Below are positions 1-11,060 of a stretch of DNA of 64,000 nt, piece after piece. Below the pieces are notes generated by a model that worked only from the letters and a program-made list of their open reading frames with translations, had not been told where the DNA came from and searched no databases. The position numbers and the translations under genes are program-made. Numbering within the stretch: the first letter of the stretch is position 1; each line of letters starts with the position of its first letter. Source of the stretch: Chrysemys picta bellii (lineage: Eukaryota); the NCBI RefSeq assembly GCF_011386835.1, contig NC_088793.1, positions 153,946,001-154,010,000 on the forward strand. The letters are read 5' to 3'.

Positions 1-1988
1 GTGTCCTGCAAGTAAGCTGCTGCTCTTGGCTTCAGGATCTCCTGCTTGCCATCTGTTTCTTTGTTCCCGTTAAGCATATAAAATGTTTCTAATCTTTTGT
101 TGAGATCTTTTTGGGTCCTTTGAAGTTCTAAAAGGGTTGGGTCTTCTGCACGGCTCCTGAGGGATTCCTCTGACCTGGACCTTCTTTGTTTAACTAAGGT
201 TTTCTGGCTACCACTTGCTGTACTGGGTCTTGCTGTTAGGGCTGCTTTTCCACCTTCATCTTCTGTCCACTCCTTTCGTCCGCATTTAGCTGGGACAAAC
301 TTGATTTTTTCACTGATCGCATCTTTCATCTTCAGTATCATCTCCTCATTCTCTGGATTTTCTATTCTTTTGATGGATGGCTTCCTTGTTTTATCTGTTA
401 CTGCAGGTGAAGACATTGGCCTTCTGGGCAGGGCATTCTTCCCCATTTCTGATAGACTTATATTATCATTGTCATCCTCCTCTAGGGTACTCTCTTCCTC
501 TTCATTTGCAGAAGGAGAATCTATTGATTCGCAGTCTTTGAAATCTTTACCATCCTGGGCGGCATCAGACTGGAGGGAATTAAAAGAGGGACTTTTGATC
601 ACGTTTGAACATTGGATCCTGGTGGAAACATTTTCTGGTGTTGCCCCAAGGGAAGAAGTTGTTCCTTTGCTGTGTACAGATGGGTAAAATATATCCTTAA
701 AATGCCTTTCAAGTGCACAGTCATGGGATCTAGTTGTAACAGACAATGTGCCATTACACAGATGTTCTCCTGGTATTCTGTTGTGTTTCTGAGATGGATG
801 ATCATGTGCACAAGAATCGCAGCTTGTTTGCCTTCCAAGTTTATCTAGGGAATTGAACTCTTTGATAGATTCATTGTCTGCGCCAATACCACTGTCTTCT
901 GAATACAGAGCCCTATCATCAGCCTGGGCCTGAGAGGAGACCACTGCAGAGGCTTCGAGCAATTTTATTGCCCTTAGCAGGCGTTCATCAAAGCCTTGTT
1001 TTGCTTTAAGTTTTTCTTCCAAGTTGCTGGCTGCAGACTGTAAGTAGCTCCATGTCTCCTGCAGGGCACTGGAGGTCAGGGAAGCCACTGTTCCGTTTAG
1101 CAGCTGCATTTTGTTGACTGTATACTGCAATAACTGCTGCAACAGATCTGGCTGCTCTTTTGGATCCCCTTTTCCAGCTGGCCAAGCCAGATTTCCTCCC
1201 ACCTCTTTGAGGAGCTCTTCTCCATCATTGGCAATTTCTTCCAAGAGCTGGTTGATTTCATCAAAGCGGAACACTAGAAAGCTCACCATCTGCTGTAAAA
1301 GCAGCTGAGTTTGTGTAGCCTGATGGGCCATACATAGGATAGCTTCGTATTTGGAGAGGTTGGGATTTAGGTAGGCATAAGCATTTTGATGAGCCTTAAC
1401 AAGCTGATCTGGGAAATCCACCTTTTTCTCAGTCTTGCATATAGGTGGAGTGGATTTTTCTTTGGGTTTGCAAAGACGACCCTGTTTTGCTGGTTTATGG
1501 CTTTTTTGCTTCTTCCCTTTCTTTGGGGTTTGCTTTGTATTGCTTTCATTCTTGTTGTCCCAAGTGAAAGTTGTTGCCTCTGATTCGCAGGAGCTTTGCT
1601 TTTTGATCTGTATGTCTTCTGCTAGATGTTTTTGAGACTCAATCAGTTCAGACATGGCTATTTCAGCCTCTGTGGCTGTCCTCTCAATTTTCTTCTCTTC
1701 CTCATGAATCTCGGAAAGAGAGAGATCCTCAGATGACAAATGGAAGTTAACATTTTTGATCAGCTCTGATGTTTTCTCCTCCCTTTCCAGCTGGTGATCT
1801 TTCCCCAGAGACCCTCTCTGACAGAACTTGTCAATATCATAACAAGAGGAGCCTTTGACCAGCAATGGAATTGAAAATGCTTCGTCTCCAGGATCGACAG
1901 GCAGGATACCTTTGGGTTTATTCAAAGGATTAGTTCCAGTTTTTGCAACATGGTTAGCAATCTCACTGTGGGAAGGTGTACAGCCCAT
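1..1988 (-). CDS. PCARE: Photoreceptor cilium actin regulator (C2orf71), 5' part of the large first coding exon; runs off the left edge
   Basis: I translated the minus frame by hand: ATG at 1988 and no stop down to position 3 (662 codons). It starts MGCTPSHSEIANHVAK and contains KVDFPDQLVKAHQNAYAYLNPNLSKYEAILC, SEDSGIGADNES, ILKMKDAISEKIKFVP and EDPTLLELQRTQKDL. These match blocks I recall from human PCARE. Synteny with CLIP4 and ALK agrees. Confidence 0.96.
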   Translation of the reverse strand, partial: MGCTPSHSEIANHVAKTGTNPLNKPKGILPVDPGDEAFSIPLLVKGSSCYDIDKFCQRGSLGKDHQLEREEKTSELIKNVNFHLSSEDLSLSEIHEEEKKIERTATEAEIAMSELIESQKHLAEDIQIKKQSSCESEATTFTWDNKNESNTKQTPKKGKKQKSHKPAKQGRLCKPKEKSTPPICKTEKKVDFPDQLVKAHQNAYAYLNPNLSKYEAILCMAHQATQTQLLLQQMVSFLVFRFDEINQLLEEIANDGEELLKEVGGNLAWPAGKGDPKEQPDLLQQLLQYTVNKMQLLNGTVASLTSSALQETWSYLQSAASNLEEKLKAKQGFDERLLRAIKLLEASAVVSSQAQADDRALYSEDSGIGADNESIKEFNSLDKLGRQTSCDSCAHDHPSQKHNRIPGEHLCNGTLSVTTRSHDCALERHFKDIFYPSVHSKGTTSSLGATPENVSTRIQCSNVIKSPSFNSLQSDAAQDGKDFKDCESIDSPSANEEEESTLEEDDNDNISLSEMGKNALPRRPMSSPAVTDKTRKPSIKRIENPENEEMILKMKDAISEKIKFVPAKCGRKEWTEDEGGKAALTARPSTASGSQKTLVKQRRSRSEESLRSRAEDPTLLELQRTQKDLNKRLETFYMLNGNKETDGKQEILKPRAAAYLQD

Positions 1989-2279
1989 CCTGTCTCTCTG
2001 CCTGGCTTTATTTTCTGTTAAAAATATCCAGATGATCAGGGAAAGAATAGAAGACAATAAAACTTACTGTTTCATCCTGTATTGGAACATTTCATTTTTC
2101 TCCCAAGGTTTCATCAAGAATTCTCCTAGTTTTGTAGATAGCCTTGTTAATTACAATTAACTTTTCCTACTTCCCAGGATCCTGTCTTAAAAGAGCTACA
2201 CATTGTCCCGTTGTATTTTGTTTCCTTTAAGGAGTTCTTCTACTGGAAACAAATCATGTGAAAGCTGTGTTGGGTTAGA

Positions 2280-2380
2280 GCTAGTGGATTAAGAGGACTC
2301 ATGTACTTGTTTCTGTCTTGACAGATGTCATGTATAAATAAGATCTTAAGCTCATTAGCTTAATCCGGCATCAGCACACA
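2280..2380 (-). promoter_or_regulatory. Candidate photoreceptor proximal promoter of PCARE (CRX/OTX2 sites plus NRL/Maf half-site)
   Basis: GGATTA at 2286-2291, TAATCC at 2361-2366, TCAGCA (TGCTGA on minus) at 2371-2376, and a TATTTATA TATA-like element on minus near 2333-2340; 300-390 nt upstream of the PCARE ATG. Confidence 0.5.
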
Positions 2381-3955
2381 TGCTGCGTTTGTAACGGAAA
2401 ACTTTTTAAAAATACTGTATTGGGAGGCAAATTTGTATTGATGTACTGCAATAGATAGCTTCTTTCCCTCCACTCTTTCTCCCCTCCCAAATGTCCCCCC
2501 ACCCCAAAAAAACCCTCTACAAATGGAACTTTGAAATCCAAAGGAAGAGATTGTTTCAGGCAATTTCTAGAAGAAACACATTTTAACGGGGGGAAATGCC
2601 AATGCACAGCCCTTTGCGAGGAGGAAGGGTGACTTTGACAGAATACAGAAGAGCTAGGAGGCACAAGACATAGAATCAAAGAGGTTACAGTTGAGATGCC
2701 TATTAGGTCATCTCATCCAGAAATTTTCAATATGCTTCCACCTGCAAGTCCCAAACCATTCACTATTTCCTACTGTGACCTCCAAAACAAACAATTTTTT
2801 TCTCGAATGAACTTTCCAGGAATCCTTTTTTGCTACTTCATCTAGTTTTCACCTCAACCTAAAATACTTCACAATAATCAAATATTTTAATTAATTTGGC
2901 AGATATGGCCAAAGATAGCATTGACATTAAGTGCATATACAAAGGAGAATTTAAAATTAAAAATATATATTTAGAAGTATAATTTGTGTTCTTACTGAAG
3001 TGTACATGCCACAATGCTCAATATTCACAATGACCCCACAAGATAGCAGCATTGCAAACTTCAAGCTTTCAAAAATTATGAGTCAGGCCCAAACAATTAG
3101 GAGGTTGGCTTAAAAATTATGAGATCTTGAAAAATTAAGAAATTTGGGGATCTTTTAATTTATCTTCCAGTGTCTGAGCCTTTAGGGATCAATTTTTCAA
3201 TTTTTTCTTTGCAATCATGATGGCTAGAAACTTATTTTTTTTTTTTTTTTTTGGTAAGTGAAGCCTGAGATTCTCATAGTCACATTACTCCAAGAGCCAA
3301 GGCTTTAAGGAAAATAAACAAACAAGCAAAACCAAATTTCAATATTGGGCTAGAAACACAAGGCCCAATTCTGCATCCCAGCTGAGAACAATTGATCAGA
3401 CCATCTCCCAGGCCCCAATACAGGACTGTTCCCTTTTCATTTGTTGATACAATTACAAATAAAATAAAATAAAAAAAACTCCTCAAACTAACAACCAACC
3501 ACCGCCGCCGCCCCTAGACAAACACCAACAATCCATTTCTTAAAGAGAAATCAAAAAAAGAAAGAAGGAATTAAAACTCTGCAATAAAACAGCAGATAGT
3601 TTAATTTAAAAAAAATGACTTCTCAAGGGTGCTCTGTAAAAGATAATGTAGAAAGAAAATTCTCCCCAAGCAAAATCTCTCCTTATGTTATTAAGACTAA
3701 GGCTAAATGGATTAAGATGATTTTTTTGTTGTTGTTTTACCTTCCAAACACAGCTTTCCTAGAGAAGGCAGCCATCTCCCAGTGTAATAAGGAATGGAAA
3801 AGGTGCTTGCCACCCACTCTAATTACTGTGTAGCATTAGGCTGCTTTATGCTGACAGAGCCAATCATCTCCCGCTAGCAGTGTGATCGCTAACTGTTTGG
3901 ATGCAGATATCTAATCTATCTGATTTCTAATAAAACTCTTCAAGTTGCCGGGTGC

Positions 3956-4079
3956 TAGGATGACCAGACAGCAAATGTGAAAAATCGGGACAGGGGGTGT
4001 GGGGTAATAGGAGCCTATATAAGAAAAAGACCCCCAAATCGGGACTGTCCCTGTAAAATCGGGACATCTGGTCACCCTA
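3956..4079. mobile_element. Non-autonomous hAT (Blackjack-like) MITE
   Basis: TIRs TAGGATGACCAGA / TCTGGTCACCCTA; perfect 8-bp TSD CCGGGTGC at 3948-3955 and 4080-4087. Confidence 0.88.
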
Positions 4080-4134
4080 CCGGGTGCATATAATGCACTC
4101 ATACTTTAATGAATGAGTTTTATAGGATTCACTA

Positions 4135-5920
4135 CTGTTAGGGACAAATGCTTTCAACGTTCACATCCTTATGGACAGAGAAGACTTTAAAGAGTTTGAG
4201 CTGTGTAAACAAGCTATGTTGCAAAAGTCTAAGCTGACCCTTGAAGGACATAGGAGAAGGGTTCAGGGTGTTCAGAAAAATGGGGGCATGACCTATACTA
4301 AGGTTTCACTTCAACTTAGGGGTTATGTAAGAAAATGGAGAACTGGTTGGGGGTTACCATAGTTGATGAGGCCTAGGAATTAATGGGTTTAGAACAATTT
4401 TATAAACTGCCACCCTGACCTAAAATCAGGGTTAGCAGAAAAAGATCCTAGGGATTTAATGATAATGGGGTAATTGGCAGACTGATATGTACATAGTCAG
4501 CTAGGGTTTGATAGAAAACTAAATAGGGATGAAATGGAATCAGAGGACAGGGAGAAACCCATGACTGGAGGGAGGGAAAACACCTCCAAGAAGCTCGGGG
4601 TGTGGGGGAAGCGGTGTTCCGTATGTGACCGGTGGGGTTACTTTGCCCGGGATTGCCCTGTCCAGGCCTTGAGGCTCAGTGCAGTGCTGGAAAGGCCAGT
4701 TTCCCCCGACCTCAAAGAGTTACCTGTGTGATTAAATCTCCGGAGGGAGGGAGCCACCCAGCCAGAGCAACCATGGCATATAATGTTCCTGCTGACACAT
4801 TCACATCTCAAACCACTGCCCGTATGCCAGGCTGCACCCTCCTGGGTACAGATCCCTCAGATGGCCAGTGGGAGTGGAAGATGGTGGTCAGTGAGGAAAT
4901 GTTTATTGGATGGAGGGATACTGGCACTGCTAAGACTATGGTTAAGCCCCATGTCGAAATACCCATCAAATGCTCTGTATGTGAAACCTGGGTTATAATT
5001 CCTTGTGTAAAAACCTTCACTTTACCTACAGCAGCACTTTCTATACAGACCCAGGAAGGGTCAGAGGTGCTGGCTGTACGTATATTGTCAGATATTCCAT
5101 ATCTTTTGCTATTATGGCTTTAAAAGCAGAATGGGTGAATCAATCCCCCTCAGCTCCAGATCGGCAAGCGACTGTGTCAGCCAAAATGCAGATGGGGTAG
5201 CTGACAGGGAGGAGGGGGTAGAAGGCTGGGGTGGATCCCCCTGCCAGTATCCAAAAGGAATCAAGTTACCTTCCCAGAGTATGCAGACAAATACATGAGG
5301 AGAGAATAGATGAGACTGCCTCCTTCTCCAGGGAAGTGCCAAGAGCTACTGACCTAAAGAGAAATTCTCTTGAATCCTGAAGCACAGTCCAGGGATGTAA
5401 GTTCTCTGCCTACCCTTCCCAGAGAACCAAAGGCAGTACAGAGCATGGCAAGGACAATGTCTCCAGCCAAAAGTAGGGACACTGAGGCAGCTGCGGTGCA
5501 CTGCCAAATCTATGACACCCACCCCATGGTGGGAAATGCCCTAATAAAGGGTTCAACTGCTGCTTGGGAGATGATTAAGGTAACTACAGCCAGGAAAGAG
5601 TGGGGACTTCTTCCCACCCCACAGTCTCTGACTGCCTGATAGTCTGAGAAAATGTAAAAAACCATAAGCCGGGTCAAGCCACACACCTTAACTCAGTGTG
5701 TGTGGAGCAAAAGGCCACCACAGTGGGGTGATCAGTACTCTTCTTCCCCCAGAGAAGCTGGGGTTAGGCCACCCTCTATCCACTCTCTGCCCTCCAGGCA
5801 GCTTTGAAAAACCCTGGTCAGGGTGGAGAGAGAAGCAGGTTTCCACCCAAGAAAGGTGACTGCTGAGGAGCTGGGAGCCAAGGGTGGGTGCCCTTGCTGG
5901 ACCACAGAGGGGGAATACAG
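4135..5920 (+). mobile_element. Decayed Gypsy (Gmr1-like) LTR retrotransposon remnant: SCAN-like gag, zinc knuckle, protease
   Basis: Broken frames give DFKEFELCKQAMLQKSKLTLEGHRRR...LRGYVRKW (SCAN-like gag), CSVCDRWGYFARDCP (degenerate CX2CX4HX4C) and WRDTGTAKTMV (aspartic protease DTG motif) in gag-pro order. Many stops and frameshifts. The right boundary is uncertain and no LTRs were seen. Confidence 0.62.
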
Positions 5921-6457
5921 GTGCCATTGCCCTGAACTATGACCACAACATCTATATTTAGGTGCCTAACTATTTCAGTTATAAAATCTGCTTGTAACCT
6001 TTCTTTGAGAAGCAGTAATAGCGCCATTGTTTGCAGCAGGCATTTGATATTTGGCAAGGAGAAAGCCCTGGGGCCAGAAAAGAACCTTTTCTTAATCTGG
6101 TGAAATTCCATTCAGGTTTGGCCAAGATATAAACTTTTAAAAATTACTATTTCCCTTCTGTTGCTTACTTTCCTCATGATAATTTTAGCAGCATGCCAAA
6201 AAAATAATAGCTGAACGTGGACATGCTAATCTGGGCTCACGGTGTTACCGTGACCACCATCACAGCAGCACACACTTCTTGGTAAGGTAACACCCATGAG
6301 CCGACAGCTTCTCCAGTAGTGGGGCAGTAAGAATTCAGCCAGGCTACCCCTCAATAAGCTCTCTCCAAACCCATCACATGGTTGCAGTTACCCATCCTCC
6401 ACTGGAGGGGCACCACATGGAGAGGAACTCTAGACACCTACCAGGGGAGGAGAAGAG

Positions 6458-6458
<1 letters not shown>

Positions 6459-6494
<36 letters not shown>
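6459..6494 (+). repeat. Poly-G homopolymer (36 nt)
   Basis: Uninterrupted G run counted directly. Confidence 0.9.
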
Positions 6495-6495
<1 letters not shown>

Positions 6496-8669
6496 TCCAG
6501 CACATATCCCAGTACAGGGAATGGGATGCTGGGGAGCCAACTGTCTTTGGCCTTCTGCCAGCTAGCGCTGCTGCAGTGCTAAAGATTCAGTTTACACTTT
6601 GCTGATGGTGCATAATTTGGAGAATGGTGTGACAGTTGCACATAACAGAATTTGTTTTAAGAGTGTAGTGAGCGAGAGGGGGAGTGGACAGAAATGAGAA
6701 TAGAGATGTTGGCAGAAGAGAGATTATGTAACACCTTGAAGATGAAGACAAGAAGCTTAAATGTGATTTTACTTTGAAATGTGTCTATGTAAAACAACTC
6801 TTTACTCAACAGAGCAGCTCACTCATAGCTGCTGACTTTGGTGACAACGTGTTTTCTCTGGTTTTTATTTCTACAAGTCCTGTAGAGCCAACACAGCTCT
6901 GGGAGATGGAAATAGATTCTATTCTTTCTTGTGCATCATCAACAGCATTGTTTATTAAGTTCCAATCCATTCCATCTGTACAAATCCAGTTAAAGCAATA
7001 GGATAGCAGAGGTACCATTGAGGGCATTATATGAAGAAAATGGAGTTGCACAGGTTTAACTGAAGACAGCTTGTATGTATAGAATCTTTACTACTGGTGA
7101 TGGTGCATGACAAAGAAATAATTCATCTTGACTCTCAGATCCCAGGGTAAATTTTCCAGGCTGGCAGCCTGACTTTTAAGCTGAGGAAATTTGATCAGGT
7201 GCCATTGAGAGACAATAAAAAAGCACCAAATAATGGTATTTTAACAGATCTGCTTTTCAGAGTAGAACCCAACTTTAAAAAGTTAAGAGAAGGGCATGAG
7301 AAAACTTTTAAGAAATCTTTATCTATCTCATCCATAATGTTTTATGACCTTTTTAGGGAATTAATTGCAAAGGAAAGACAGTGGTATATACTTGAGCTTA
7401 TAGCTTACTGGTTTGCTTGTAGAAACTTAAAGGCTACATCAAATACATCTTTATTAAAAACATAGATTAACAAAATTAGTAAGCACACTCCAAATGTATT
7501 TGGTAAATCTACAGAACTGTTGCTTCTTTCCCTTTTGCTCCTCAACTTTTGTAGCAACACAAATGTGGGGCCTGCTCATAGGAGGTATTGAGCAACCATC
7601 TATCCTATCGTAGCCAAGTGGAATTGCAGGACGATAACCCCCACTCAGAATCAGGCTTTGCACTTTGCTACCTAGGAGGTAGAATTGCAAGCTAGGGCAG
7701 TTAGACAGCTGCAGTACAGCAAAGGTATCACATTCTGTGGAAGATGAGTTAAACATCAAAACTGAAAATAATTTACATGAATCTTTATTACCTTTGGATT
7801 GTTCATTCTGTTTTCTTTCTCAAAGCTTCTGGTTGCTAAGCCACCTCTGTGTATTTAAAACCTCCTGTCTGTCATAGCTAATCTACGCTTTCTGCTTGTT
7901 CCAATAGTTAAAACAGTAAATGGTAATGATGGCAGAAATGGAAGTTTTAGGTTTATATATTAATTGCATGGAACTGCAAGAAGAGATTAGCTTTACAGAT
8001 AGACTCCCACGTTCTTTCATGCAAATTAAAAAAAATAAAAGGGCAGATCCCTATCACCTTTGGCTGTGATTGCATCAGCTCTCACAAACCTACGCGGGTT
8101 TGGGAATCAGAATGTAAGGTGGAAGATTTTGAAGGAAAACCCAGGTTTTGTAGGAAGAGATACTGGTGATTCAATGGGTAGCATTCTTCTAAGTACTAAA
8201 CCAGTACTAGCATGAAGTTAGGGAACACTGTTGTGGTGAATATGGTGTAAAAATAAGGTCCTGACTTCATGTCGTTGTGAAAGATTCCAGAGGTCTGTTT
8301 AGCCTTCTGTCTTCACCAAATTGCAGTATGAACAATTACCTATTGCTTCCCTAAGTTCCCCTGAAGTTTCAAATAAGTTTAATGTTATTCTTCACTTCCT
8401 ATCCTAAACTTCTATGGAGAGTGGATGTGCTTGGTTAAAGTTACCACATTTTACCCCAGATAAAGGTATGTTTCTGTAATTAAGTTTTTCTTTCACATAG
8501 ATACTAGCATTCATGGGAGCAAAGAGTTTGGGGTAGAAATACCCAGATTCTACACTGGGAGAAGTAAAGTAATATTTTAATTAACAAAATGCATGTGGTA
8601 AACAGAATCCCTCCTTTATATTCCCAGCCTCTTCCTTCTCCTCTCTGATGATCAATGATTCCGCAATCC

Positions 8670-8976
8670 ATTGTTTACAACATCACAATTCACCAAGTGG
8701 CAAGCAATTATGATGCTCCAAGCATCAGTCCATAACATCACTAAATGAGCCAGGCAGGAGGAGGCGAGATTGAGAGGGCTTTTATTTGACTACACATCCT
8801 GATGATAAGTAGTGACTGGAGAAGATATTCTGAAAAGGTACATAATTTAAAAAATATTATTTAGCTTTATTTATAATCTTGCCTCCTCCTGCCTGGCTCA
8901 TGTAGTGATGCTATGGCCTGATGCTAGGAGCATCATAATTGCTTACCACTTGATGAATTGTGATGTTGTAAACAAT
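8670..8976. repeat. Long inverted repeat: 102-bp arms, 103-bp spacer, unclassified
   Basis: 8670-8771 aligns ungapped to the reverse complement of 8875-8976 with 7 mismatches. Confidence 0.92.
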
Positions 8977-9211
8977 ATATATATAGTGCTGGTCCAAGTT
9001 AAGCATGGATTCTGTAAGGACTTGATCCTGCTTCTCATCAGGTTAATGGAAAGATTCCCATTGATTTGAATGGTGCAGGATCAAGAGCTAAGAAAGTAGG
9101 TTTACTGTTGCATATGTAATTTAGAGATGACCCGGGATTTAGACTGAGTAGGTTTACAGTGCTGGGTAAGCACTGTTTTTCTCCTACTTTCTCTCTTCCA
9201 GTTGGTGTAGT

Positions 9212-9395
9212 GATTGGCAAATGATGTGGAGTCAGGATTCCTACCTTCTACTCTCATCTCTGCCACTAATTCCTGAGCAATCTTGGGCAAATCACTTTAC
9301 TTCCCTGTGCTTCATCTTACCCATTTAAAAATGGTTATAATAATGTTTATGTACCTCACAAGGATGTTGAGGCTTAATTCATTTATGTTTGTAAA
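9212..9395 (+). mobile_element. MIR-like CORE-SINE remnant
   Basis: tRNA-like head followed by the core-like TCTTGGGCAAATCACTTTACTTCCCTGTGCTTCATCTTACCCATTTAAAAATGG and a CTCACAAGGATGTTG...TGTAAAGTGCTT tail. Confidence 0.6.
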
Positions 9396-11060
9396 GTGCT
9401 TGGTTTTAAAGTATGATCTAAGTGCATTCTCTCCTCTCCCTTCCCTTCTCCCGTCTCTTTACTTTCTACTTGCCCCTATTATCCATCCGTGCGTGTCTTT
9501 TTCTGACTCTTAATATTTCTTTAGGTCTTTAAATATAGAACATTGGTATCAGTTCCCGACTTGTCCACAGCTCCAAGCTGTCTAATTTGTAGTTATTTGG
9601 TGGCTTGTAATTTTCCATTGGCTTTACTTCTCAGCACCAGATCACTGCCATATACAGTAAGCTCCTCTGTGCCAAAGTACTGGGTGAACCCAGGCAGGTG
9701 CAGTTGATTAAACTGACTGAAATGTCCTCTAAGCAATTTTGGATGATTTCCAACCAATCCGTGTGTAGTGTAAACAAGAGACATAATCTGTCTGCATATG
9801 GAACGGGCCAACAACATTCTAGTGCCGGCTCACGCAAACAAAGTAGATGAAACAGTATCTCATGTCATATACAGGAGAGCATATTTACAGATGTGACTTC
9901 CAATCACACAGTGATATGAAGAGTTGCCTGTAAATATCTTTCCTTTTAAAAAATATACATATATTTTGGGTATATTTTGCAAATGTTAATACTGTTGAAA
10001 GATACAGGCTGAAGACAATGTATACAGCATGTCCTCATGCCATGTATTCTAGGTTAGTGGACATCAGTTCGTTAGCAACACTAGTCTTTTAACAGCTGCA
10101 GATTAAAAAGGATACTAGCAGTGCAGAAATTTTGTAATATGAACAAATGTACATTATAGGTTAATTCAAGATATCAGCAAACTAATTTAACTTATGACCT
10201 CTTGTAAACCAGGCTTGAATTTAGGACTGCAGAGGAAGAAAGCAACTCCATTTACCTGCTCTAACATAAAGTATGATGCTTTTTTCACTTAGTAATAAAT
10301 CAAAGACTCAATTTTAATGTAGATTATGCATAACAAGAAAATCAACTGTGTTTTGTAACTTTTCCCCCCTCTAGCTATATCTCTAGTCTATAATTATATG
10401 AATCATCATGGCTCACAGGGACATGTTGACAAAGGAGCTGTAGCAATTTTTGTAACACTAACAGTGTTGCCTGTTGATATAAAAGGGAGTCAGGTTTAAA
10501 GAACAATTTTGGCGTTGTTACTGCAAAAAGCAAGATTTAGTCCATAATAAAGAACATAAGCAGTTTGTGGTGCCAAACAATATCCCCCTGAGCCCCCAAA
10601 TTTAATACTGTACATTTATACTGACTTCTACCCATGTATGTCAAGGCACTTTTACAAATATTAAGAGTCATGCACTTGGAAGGAAAGAAGGGTGAGATGA
10701 GAGGTATTATACCTTTCTTTAGAGATGGGGAAACAGACACAAAAAGTTGTTTCTTGACCATGATAACAGACTTCCTATGTATGTCACAATCAAAAATTGT
10801 AGCCCATTTCCTGGGTCTAGTGCTGTGATGTAAGTCATCCCTCTTTGCATCAATACAACCACACTGGTGTTGGCCTTAGGACATAACAATCTTCCTGCTG
10901 ATGTTTGACTTCTTAGGGCCAGGTTTTCAAAAGAGCTCAGCATAATGGGAGATGCTGGGTATTTCAAAAAAAATCTAATCTCAGTTGTGTGTGCTCAGCA
11001 CTTGAAAAACTAACCCTTAGTATGTTTTGCTATCAAGGAAACATCCAAGTAAGTCTTTGT

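Noticed and set aside
301-2160. Plus-strand ORFs of 65-128 aa (301-687, 612-848, 1111-1308, 1386-1635, 1855-2160)
   Set aside because: Antisense shadows of the PCARE exon with no independent motifs.
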